64,000 nucleotides of DNA from Candidatus Poseidoniales archaeon (GTDB lineage: Archaea; Thermoplasmatota; Poseidoniia; Poseidoniales; Poseidoniaceae). The DNA lies in contig JAYNUQ010000005.1 of NCBI GenBank assembly GCA_038116375.1, positions 14,036-78,035 on the forward strand, written 5' to 3'. The first letter of the stretch is position 1. The number at the start of each line of letters is the position of its first letter. Below, piece by piece: positions 51,125 to 59,800 of this stretch. The notes beneath the pieces were generated by a model. That model was not told the DNA's origin. It saw nothing but the letters and a program-made list of their open reading frames with translations, and did no database searches. The translations under genes were made by a program, and so were the position numbers.

Positions 51125-51763
51125 ATGGCCGAACTTTACATGGCACGGACCTGCAAGCACGGCGTCCTTCGCGTCATGGGCGGTGATGTATGGAACCACA
51201 GCGGTGACGTGCTCATCACGCCTGCAAACAATCGCCTCTCCGGTCGAGAGGGCCTTGACGCGATGATTCACCAAAAAGCGGGGAAAGAATTGACTCAGGT
51301 CACGCGCAACATATGTCTTGACATGCGGAAAATCAACGCTCCACCGTGCGCCGTTACTCAAAACGTCATCACCGAACCGTTCGCCCTTGCTGAACAATAC
51401 AAGCACATCATCCACGCCGTCGGACCGGACTGCCGCCGCCCCAACCAGGACGAAGCACGTCGGGAATTGTTGGCCGAAACCTACGCCAATCTGTTCGCCA
51501 CCATTGAGGAAATGGGCGACATCACCTCGGTGGTTTCCCCTCCCCTCTCAATGGGTGTTTTCGCCTACCCTCATCGAGAAGGCGCCCGATTGACCTTGCA
51601 GGTGCTTTTGGAAATGTTGGACGGCGAGAAGGATTTCGGCATCAGGAACTACACCATTGTGGTGAAGGAGAAGAACTTCATCAGCAACATGCGAACCGTC
51701 TACCGAGAAGGAGAAGACCAGTTCCCCGGCGTTGACACCACGATGCAAGACTCAGGTCGCTAA
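51125..51763 (+). CDS. macro-domain protein (ADP-ribose binding / O-acetyl-ADP-ribose deacetylase-like)
   Basis: DVLITPANNRLSGREGLDAMIHQKAG (the VNAAN…GGGV…AI…AG pattern) and SPPLSMGVFAYP. Confidence 0.75.
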   Translation: MAELYMARTCKHGVLRVMGGDVWNHSGDVLITPANNRLSGREGLDAMIHQKAGKELTQVTRNICLDMRKINAPPCAVTQNVITEPFALAEQYKHIIHAVGPDCRRPNQDEARRELLAETYANLFATIEEMGDITSVVSPPLSMGVFAYPHREGARLTLQVLLEMLDGEKDFGIRNYTIVVKEKNFISNMRTVYREGEDQFPGVDTTMQDSGR

Positions 51764-52336
51764 TCGGTCGTTGATGCGGTCGAGTCGTTCGTCGAGCGAC
51801 GCCCGTTCATCGGTAACCTTCTCGAGCGATGCACTTTCCAAATTTCGTTCAACGGACGTCCTCAACCGTTTGATTTCGTTGACGCGTTGCGTTCGGTCCT
51901 TGGGACGGTTCACGGCACTGCGCATGCTCATCAGCCATTCCTCAAGCAGGGCAGCCCCCCATTCGGGTACGCGTAATTCGCTGGAGAGGTAGATGCTTTG
52001 CCGGCGATGCTGAAACCGTGTTTTTCCTTCGCTGGTTCGTAGCCCCTGAATGGATCCAGGGTTCCATGTTTCAAGGGGAACATGAAGGTGCTGCTGAATG
52101 TTCAATTTCCCATCGCTGTCCAACAAAAAATCAGCGATGAGAACGCTGGAGGACAGACGAATGAGCACCTGAACGATTTCGTCGTGATTGGCCCACTCCG
52201 AGACACGCACGGGGCGCTCGCCCCATGTCTCTTCACACCAGACTTCAATCGCCATTTGGTGGGGGTGCATGGCAGTCCACCGATGACAACCCATCATCAA
52301 GTTTTGTCCATCCAAGCACCGTTGGAGGCATATCAA
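51752..52336 (-). CDS. hypothetical protein with a C-terminal coiled coil
   Basis: 194-aa ORF, convergent with and overlapping the 3' end of the macro gene by 12 nt. Confidence 0.35.
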   Translation of the reverse strand: MICLQRCLDGQNLMMGCHRWTAMHPHQMAIEVWCEETWGERPVRVSEWANHDEIVQVLIRLSSSVLIADFLLDSDGKLNIQQHLHVPLETWNPGSIQGLRTSEGKTRFQHRRQSIYLSSELRVPEWGAALLEEWLMSMRSAVNRPKDRTQRVNEIKRLRTSVERNLESASLEKVTDERASLDERLDRINDRLAT

Positions 52337-52367
52337 CGTTCAAGACACAACAGGTCGTGGCTGGGGC

Positions 52368-53825
52368 ATGGTGGGGTCGTGGGGCTCGGTTCAGGCAGAC
52401 TGGACCATCGTGTTCGCACTCCTCATCGGCTGGTACGTCCTGATTCGAACATGGGAACGAAACGGGACCCTTGACCGCTGGAATGCAACCCGCGCACTCG
52501 GCATCGTTTTGATGGTGCGAACACAGCGAGGTCAGCGATTCTTGGATTGGATGGCTCGTCCCCGGCGTTTCTGGCGAGCGTACGGTGAAGTCTCCCTTTG
52601 GGTTTGTTCTGTTTCGATGCTCGTGGTGGCGCTGGTTGTCATTCTCGCTTTCGTCGCTTCCTTGCTCTCGCCGCCAACCGCATCGCCTCCCTCGGCCAGT
52701 GAAATGGTCGCCGTTCCCGGCCTCAATCCCGTTATTCCCCTCGGTTGGGGGGCGCTTGCCTTTGTCGTATCGCTCGTCATCCACGAGTTCGGTCACGGCT
52801 TGCTGGCACGAGGGCACGGCATGCGCATTCGCTCGTTTGGTTTGCTCCAACTCGGCCCGTTGCCCCTCGGTGCCTTTGCCGAACCCCAGTCGGACGAATT
52901 GATGCGAGCGCCTCGACGGGAACGCTTGCGCATGTTTGCAGCAGGGCCCGCCACCAACCTGTTCGCGGCGTTCATCATGCTCCTCCTTCTCGGTGGCCTT
53001 GCCACGCAAATGGTCGCTGAGGAGGAATACATTCACGTCCAAGGCATCGTCGTGGACGGCGGTGCTGACCAAGCGGGCATGCAACCTTGGGATACCTTGG
53101 TGTCCATCGACGGTCAGCCGGTTCATACCACGGAGGATTTCCGAGACATTCTCGTTGGCTACAAGAGCAACGACACCGTTGACATGGTGGTCATTCATCA
53201 GGACGGCACCCGAGAAACCTTGCAGGCCACCTTCAGCGACAAATACCAGTATTACCTTGACCTGGGTTGGAGTGAAGACCTGCTGGCCAACCTCGAAGTC
53301 GAACCCGGGGATGCGTTTCTTGGCGTGGAAGGGCTTTCCGAAGGAACGGCTGGCATTGACCGCTTGGCCGGTCCCTTCTCACCTCGTTTCGACGGCAACC
53401 TCGCGCAGCGCGCCCTGTCCATTCCCTTTCACATCCTGACCATTCTGTTGATACCGTTTGAGCTGGGCGGCGTGGCGATTCATCCGTTTGAAGAATCCTT
53501 GATGGTGGCAGGGGACGGATTGTTCGGTGGTGTTGTGGGCACTGATGTCCTTATTTTCCTCTGCCACCTCATGTTCTGGTTGATGTGGGTCAACATTCTG
53601 CTCGGTTTTACCAACCTTATTCCAATGGTGCCCTTTGACGGCGGGCACATGCTCAGGGACATGCTCCACGCATTCTTGAGCGGGGTGAAACGGGTGGGTC
53701 GAAAACTCAAGTTGTGGGATTTACATCCGATGTGGGTGGACCACCTCTCATCACGAGCCTCGAGTTACTCGTCCTTTGTGCTGCTTGGAATGTTGCTCTT
53801 TACGATGTTCATTCCTTACCTTTGA
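52368..53825 (+). CDS. site-2 protease (M50 family, RseP-like) with a PDZ domain
   Basis: HEFGHGLLARGHG (HExxH). PDZ (GIVVDGGADQAGMQPWDTLVSIDGQPVHT). LDG-type motif PFDGGHMLRDML. Multiple TM helices. Confidence 0.85.
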   Translation: MVGSWGSVQADWTIVFALLIGWYVLIRTWERNGTLDRWNATRALGIVLMVRTQRGQRFLDWMARPRRFWRAYGEVSLWVCSVSMLVVALVVILAFVASLLSPPTASPPSASEMVAVPGLNPVIPLGWGALAFVVSLVIHEFGHGLLARGHGMRIRSFGLLQLGPLPLGAFAEPQSDELMRAPRRERLRMFAAGPATNLFAAFIMLLLLGGLATQMVAEEEYIHVQGIVVDGGADQAGMQPWDTLVSIDGQPVHTTEDFRDILVGYKSNDTVDMVVIHQDGTRETLQATFSDKYQYYLDLGWSEDLLANLEVEPGDAFLGVEGLSEGTAGIDRLAGPFSPRFDGNLAQRALSIPFHILTILLIPFELGGVAIHPFEESLMVAGDGLFGGVVGTDVLIFLCHLMFWLMWVNILLGFTNLIPMVPFDGGHMLRDMLHAFLSGVKRVGRKLKLWDLHPMWVDHLSSRASSYSSFVLLGMLLFTMFIPYL

Positions 53826-54480
53826 TGAAGGGAAGTACGGCCGAGCGACGACGCTCCAGTTCGGCGAGAATATCTCTCGCGCTTCGTTCTGGTTCTTCGG
53901 CCATGGTGGGCGCGGTGTTCGTCGATGCACGCTTTTGCAACGATGTGAGGGGGGCGTCTTCACCACCAAGCGGTGAACACATCATGCCGATAAACCGGTT
54001 GAGCGGCATGCCTTGCTCCCAATCGATAAAGGGGGAGCCGTTGCGGTTCAAAGGTAATGCCGGAATCATTTTCGCAAGGCGGGCGAGGGTTCCCTTGAGC
54101 CCCTGCGTCTCGACTCGGAACAGACGCCATGAGTCTCCGCGCACACCCTTTCTCCGATGGGCGTACAGCGGCATCAAACCTGAGCGTTCACCTTCTCGAA
54201 TCATGGCATTGAGTTGATCTTTGGTTCTCCCCGAGAAGTACAATTTTGTGGCCCGTGTGGATTTGACTTCAATAGGGAAGCAACAATCCCCCCGTAGCGC
54301 CACCAAATCACCGCTTCCTTCCATCCCCGAGCCCGCAGCCCGGACGACGAGGAACGGGCGCTCTGCAACCCGTCGCATCTGATGTTTTTCTTCGGGCGTG
54401 CAGCTGCGGGTCACCGCTGTGATGCCCTTTTCGGTGCCGGAGAGAACCTCTCGAAGTTCCCGCTCATATGCACCTGTCAT
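53809..54480 (-). CDS. hjc: Holliday junction resolvase Hjc with a roughly 85-aa C-terminal extension
   Basis: GAYERELREVL…VRAAGSG…DLVALRGDCCFPIEVKSTRATKLYFSGRTKDQL tracks the Hjc catalytic core (E…D…EVK). 223 aa versus about 130-140 for typical Hjc. Confidence 0.78.
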   Translation of the reverse strand: MTGAYERELREVLSGTEKGITAVTRSCTPEEKHQMRRVAERPFLVVRAAGSGMEGSGDLVALRGDCCFPIEVKSTRATKLYFSGRTKDQLNAMIREGERSGLMPLYAHRRKGVRGDSWRLFRVETQGLKGTLARLAKMIPALPLNRNGSPFIDWEQGMPLNRFIGMMCSPLGGEDAPLTSLQKRASTNTAPTMAEEPERSARDILAELERRRSAVLPFIKGKE

Positions 54481-54605
54481 GGACGGACATCGTTGTCCAT
54501 CGTTCTTGATAACTTCGGCTGTGGTCGTGTGTTCAAACCGAGTTTTGTCACAGCGTAGTAACGCCGACCGATAGGTTAGAACAGGACCCTAACGCAGGTC
54601 GTGCC

Positions 54606-55352
54606 GTGAAGCCACTCTATGTCAGGACCGACGATTTTCGCTTGGCTCATCGACTGTTGAGTGAATTCCAACGCCGTGGACTGCCGGCACTGCAAGTGGG
54701 CATCAACGACCCCATTGAAGGCGAGGCCTACTGGTTTGGGACGGCCGAAGAGGTCATGGAGCACGGAGGGCGAGGCGTGGCAGTGAACGCTGAAGAGGTG
54801 GCTGAAACGGTCTCAACGTGGCTTCTTTCTCGACAACTGACCGGCCCTCCAAATCAACTCATCGTGGGTATCGACCCTGGCCCACGTCCTGGATGTGCGT
54901 TCTTTGCTGACGGGATGTTGCTTGGAAAACGCGAGTTGGAGTCCATTGAAGAGGCGCTCGACCACATCGTCAATTTGGTTCAGCACACCCGACCTTCCAG
55001 CGTGTTGGTTCGCATCGGGCACGGCTCACCCGTTCATCGCGATCGCTTGCTCAACCACGTGATTTCGCTCGGTTATCATGTTGAAATTGTCAACGAACAC
55101 CGAACCAGTACGGGCCAGCCACGACACGCACACGGTTCCGCGGCCCTCAAAATCGCCATGTTGCAGGGTAAAGCGACGCATGAGCAACGCACGGTGAGCG
55201 CTACACCCGGCGAATTACGAAACCTCCAACGCATCAGCCGCCGTCGTTCCAAAGGTCAACTGACCATCTCGTTGTCAACGGCGCTCCTCGTCAGTCAGGG
55301 GAAACTCTCGATGGAAGAAGCGCTCAAACAAGCGGGTTACGATGCTTCTTGA
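54606..55352 (+). CDS. predicted RNase-H-fold (RuvC/YqgF-like, COG2433/DUF460-like) protein
   Basis: LIVGIDPGPRPGCAFFADGML is the RuvC/YqgF-type first beta-strand/Asp motif; divergent from hjc. Confidence 0.45.
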   Translation: MKPLYVRTDDFRLAHRLLSEFQRRGLPALQVGINDPIEGEAYWFGTAEEVMEHGGRGVAVNAEEVAETVSTWLLSRQLTGPPNQLIVGIDPGPRPGCAFFADGMLLGKRELESIEEALDHIVNLVQHTRPSSVLVRIGHGSPVHRDRLLNHVISLGYHVEIVNEHRTSTGQPRHAHGSAALKIAMLQGKATHEQRTVSATPGELRNLQRISRRRSKGQLTISLSTALLVSQGKLSMEEALKQAGYDAS

Positions 55353-56320
55353 TCCTGTTCCTGCTTGGCCAACTGGCTGAGTTCTGGGGACCTGTTCAGC
55401 CACCAGCGAAATCCACTTTCGGAGGCTTGCGGTGCGAGCAGGACGCCCCCGAGCACGGCGAAGAGCGCGATGAATGAGGACGACGGCACGTCCCTCGTAC
55501 CGTAGGAATCCGGTCCGCCAACCATCAGTTTGACCGTTCCGAGCCAAGGGATTTCTCCTCCAGCAACTCCAATCACCCATTCGTTACGAACGGGGCCAAC
55601 CACGCCCGAGGGGCTGTGAACGCCTGCGGAACCGTTGGTTGCGCCCGCGCCTTGGTCAACCGAACACTTGTTGTTGTCTCCCAAGGTCAGCATCCCCTCG
55701 TGTCGCGGTTCCCACTGCCATACAACGAGGTAGGGTTCGACATTTCCGTGAGCGGGACGTTCACAATCGTAGTAGCCCGCTTGGGTTCCGTCAAAATGCA
55801 CGGTGATGTTGCTCACGTTGCTAACCGAGGTCCCGGGGACCGACCAGGTGAGGATGCAAGAGCCTGGCAGACCGTCCTCGGCGATCCGTTCGGCGTCGTA
55901 CGTCGCTTCTTCCGGACACGGTGAGGTCGCTTCTCGATCGGTCGCAACGGTTTCTTCGGCGACGACGCGCATGATGGCTCGGTGAATGATCGGCGTGCCC
56001 GCCTCACCGTTCTTGGCGTAGATGATGACATCACCGTGGAGACCGTGTTGTTCGTAGCCGTAGGCGCTGTTGGAAGGGTCGGTGGCCTCGGCGTACGTGA
56101 CGATGGTATCTCCTGGTTGGTCGTGGACGAGGATAAGGTCGCCAGCATCGATGCTTCCGATTTCACCGCCTTCTTCGTGAATCATGGATTTTGACTCCAC
56201 CACGACCAGCGGCGGCATGGAGCCCGTGTGGATGAACATGGCGCCGACCAAACATGCGATCATGCCGACGGCAAGCGCCAATTCAAGCAGCAAAGAACGC
56301 AACGGGTCGTGGTCCGACAT
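55337..56320 (-). CDS. signal peptidase I (S26/Sec11-type) with a large insertion and a C-terminal TM
   Basis: N-terminal TM. Catalytic Ser block VVVESKSMIHEEGG. GDLILV. C-terminal hydrophobic helix. Confidence 0.7.
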   Translation of the reverse strand: MSDHDPLRSLLLELALAVGMIACLVGAMFIHTGSMPPLVVVESKSMIHEEGGEIGSIDAGDLILVHDQPGDTIVTYAEATDPSNSAYGYEQHGLHGDVIIYAKNGEAGTPIIHRAIMRVVAEETVATDREATSPCPEEATYDAERIAEDGLPGSCILTWSVPGTSVSNVSNITVHFDGTQAGYYDCERPAHGNVEPYLVVWQWEPRHEGMLTLGDNNKCSVDQGAGATNGSAGVHSPSGVVGPVRNEWVIGVAGGEIPWLGTVKLMVGGPDSYGTRDVPSSSFIALFAVLGGVLLAPQASESGFRWWLNRSPELSQLAKQEQDQEAS

Positions 56321-56335
56321 GGGCTGCCCTCAACT

Positions 56336-56788
56336 TCACCGCTTCACGCCACGGCTATCAAGGAATGCTTTCCATTGCTCGAGATGTCCCGCTCCCAACG
56401 CTTCTGCGGCTTCATCGCCGTCGGCTTTTTGTCGGCGAAGTTCGGCCGTGGATTGGATTTCTTTGAGTTCTTCAATCACGGCCACGTAGCCCTTGAACCG
56501 AAGGTATTCAGGAAAGGCGATGAGGAACACGAGGAGCGAAAGAACGGCTCCCACGATGGCACCGCCCGTAAAGTCGTTCCACGCTGCGTGGTCCTGAAGG
56601 AAGAGGAGTTGGTACATGCAGACCACCAAGAGAACGCCGCTTGCACCCGCTGCAACCGCACTGATGCCGAACTGTCTTCCGTGTTGCTTGGCCCAAAGCC
56701 GCCCGAAGAATGTCCCCTCTTCGCTCATGTCTTCACCGATGTTCACCAAGCCGTCTGAGGCCTTCAAACCTCCCCCAAGGTGGTTCAA
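56336..56788 (-). CDS. hypothetical 2-TM membrane protein
   Basis: 150-aa ORF, hydrophobic core. Confidence 0.35.
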   Translation of the reverse strand: MNHLGGGLKASDGLVNIGEDMSEEGTFFGRLWAKQHGRQFGISAVAAGASGVLLVVCMYQLLFLQDHAAWNDFTGGAIVGAVLSLLVFLIAFPEYLRFKGYVAVIEELKEIQSTAELRRQKADGDEAAEALGAGHLEQWKAFLDSRGVKR

Positions 56789-56861
56789 GACCGCTGGAAG
56801 AGAAGTTGCCCTGTGAGGGCATCATTCAAATGCGATGTGAACCATCCTGTGATTACCTCGG

Positions 56862-59800
56862 GTGACCACCATGCGTCAAGCCATCTTCCTTACGCTTCTT
56901 TTCGTGCTCTCTGTCATGTCTCCGTTGGCCGCCGCTGCGACCACAGAAACGCAATTCAAAGACGGGACAACGTCCTACGAACACACCTTTTCTCAGAAAG
57001 GAATCGGGCCTGCGGGAGTCATCACCTTGCCCATCGGAGCGAACGTCCAATCGGCCAGTTTCAATCTGCTGGGTGAAGCCAGTACCACGACATACAACAA
57101 TTTCACCACCGATGAGCATTACGGCGGAGCAGGCGATACCGATTACACCAGCAACAACGCAGGCAAACCCTCGCCGTTCACAACGGCTCGCAGAGACAAT
57201 CTCGAAGTGGACAGCCAAACGGTTTCCTTGAAAGGCAACCCCACGGAATACACGCCACGATTTTCGTCCACCGGCTCGGTAGCGAGCCTCGGCAGCGCCC
57301 ACCTCAACACCACGGGTGAGTTCGTTGCGTTGAGCGACCAGGGCTACACCAGCCCCACCAAGAAATACGCTGATTTGACCGCTGCAAGCAACACACCGTG
57401 GGGCTACACCGGCGTGGCGGTACCCATCAACAGTTCTGAAGTTCACATCATTCGCTACTCCAGCCAATACATCTCCAACACGCCAACCAGCATCATGCGT
57501 ATCGACGCCAGCACCGGGCAGTACCTCGGTACGGCATCCTACAGCACGGGCACGTGCGGCTCTTCCGCCACCCGAAGCATTCACGATGCCGACGTGTACA
57601 ACGGTGATGTCTACACGGCTCACTATTCATACTACAAAGTCCACAAGTGGGACGTTGGCTGGAACACGGCAGGCACTCAAGTGCAATGGCAGTGCCAATC
57701 CACATACAATTACAACTATCCAAACTACATCACGGGCGTTGATTTTGACGACAACACCGGGAAGATGTACATCGGCGTCTACGACACCTCGGCCCAAAAC
57801 CACTACCTCAAGGAAGTGAACCCTGCTTCACCGACGGTCGTGACCGGGACGTGGTTGATGACGTCCACTTCCTACTACTACGACCACGGGGCAGGTCTTT
57901 CGGTGAGCATGCCCAACGTCATGTACAACATCTACTACATGAACACCGACTACAAGAGCACCCACTATCACTACACCATGGCCAGCGGCCTGCTGGCAAG
58001 TCAAGGCGAGCGGGTCATGCCGGGCGGTGGGCACTACGGCATGGTTGACACCGACGACCACAAGGTCATGTTCTCCTGCCACTGGTCCAGTACAAGCTAT
58101 TGTTCTCAGGGGGTTCGCAAGGTCCACACGTACGGCGACGGAGCCCACTACGACGTGCGCTCAACCACGCTCACCTCCCAACTCATCGTCGGGCAAACGT
58201 CCTCCATTTCCCGAGCCATCACCAGCATCAACGTCGAGGGCATCTTTGGCTCCATTCCTACGGGCACCAGCATCAACGTGGACGTGTCCAACGACGGTGG
58301 CACAACGTGGAAATCTGGAACGGTCGGTCAAAAAGTCAACTTTGCAAACTCGGGTACGTCGATCAAATGGCGCGCAACCCTCAACGGGAGCGCTTCCAAA
58401 ACTCCCGTGCTTGGTGACGTGGTGTTGACCTACACCACAAACTACCAAACAAGCGGCTACTACTACGCCTACCAGTACATCGGTTCTGGCTCAAGCGGCG
58501 TCATTGCCGCCACGGTTGATTGGAACGAAACGCGACCGGCCGGTACGTCCATTTCCGTCAACGTGGGCTACAAGGCCAGTTCCTCGAGTTGCAACAACGG
58601 AAACTCCGGCGTCCAAACATACACCGCTCCAAACACGACCAAATCGATGACCGGTACGTCCTACTACTACTGCGTTCGCATCACCCTCTCGACGTCGTCC
58701 ACCAGCGTATCGCCCACCATTACCGACCTCTCCATCGCGTTGCATTCCAACGCTCCCAACCAACCGGGTTTGAACATTGACGGCGCCTCCGCTTGGAAGC
58801 GTTCATCCTCAGCCGGTGCTCTGATTGGACCGGTGACCGTCACCAGTCAGCAGTCCGGAAACACCCTCCTCGACAAACTCAACGACGCCATTCCCGACAC
58901 GGGTTCTGGTACGGTTGACATTCCAATTGAATTGACGGCGGAGTCGGCTGGAAAACTCTCGATCACCTCCTTTGAAATCACGTACGTGATGCAAACGGTG
59001 AACCTTGATTTGAGCATTCCAGAGGGCGAAATCCTTCACGAGCGCATCACGCCTTACGAAGTGGTTTCTCGCCACGTCATCGGTGAATCAGCCACCTCAA
59101 TGGTCAGCGCTGAATTGACCCTGATGACCGCTGGCAGCGCAGCAAACTGGCCGATTCTATCGTGGCAGTACGGTGATGTGTTCCCTGCCCCCAACGACCC
59201 CGCACAGTACATTGAGGTCGACCCGACCTCGTATTCGGTTGAAAGCAACGGCATCCTCGAAATTCACTGGAAGTTCTTCGTAACCAGCGAGATGCCGGAC
59301 CAAGACAGCGTACGTTTCCGCGTGGGCTGCCTTGACGATAGCGGGACCGCAGGCTTCGCACCCGAACCCTTGGTTTCCGACGATGGCCTCCGCGTGAACC
59401 GGTCGTTTGGTCTTGGCTGGCTCAACGTCCGAGATAACGAAGGTGAATTGACCTCGCAGGACGTCGAAGACGGCTCCTGGGTGGCTGCTGGCGAACAGAT
59501 TCACTTTGTTGGCGCCATGTGGTTCCAAGACACCGATGATGCACCAAAGGACAGCGCTTTCGACGTCCGAATTTCTCGAAACGGCTACGTTGAGGCGACG
59601 GCCAGAGACACGACCAACAACAACGGGTCGTTCTTCATCTCCATTGACCTGCCCGCCATCGATGTTCCGGACGGCTTGACGTACGAGGTGCAAACCTACA
59701 ACGAACGGAATCCCGATCACGTTCAGCAACCCAACACCGAGTGGCGACGAACCTACCTCGTCGACGCAACACATCCCGAACGCAAGCAGGTTGCGCCGGT

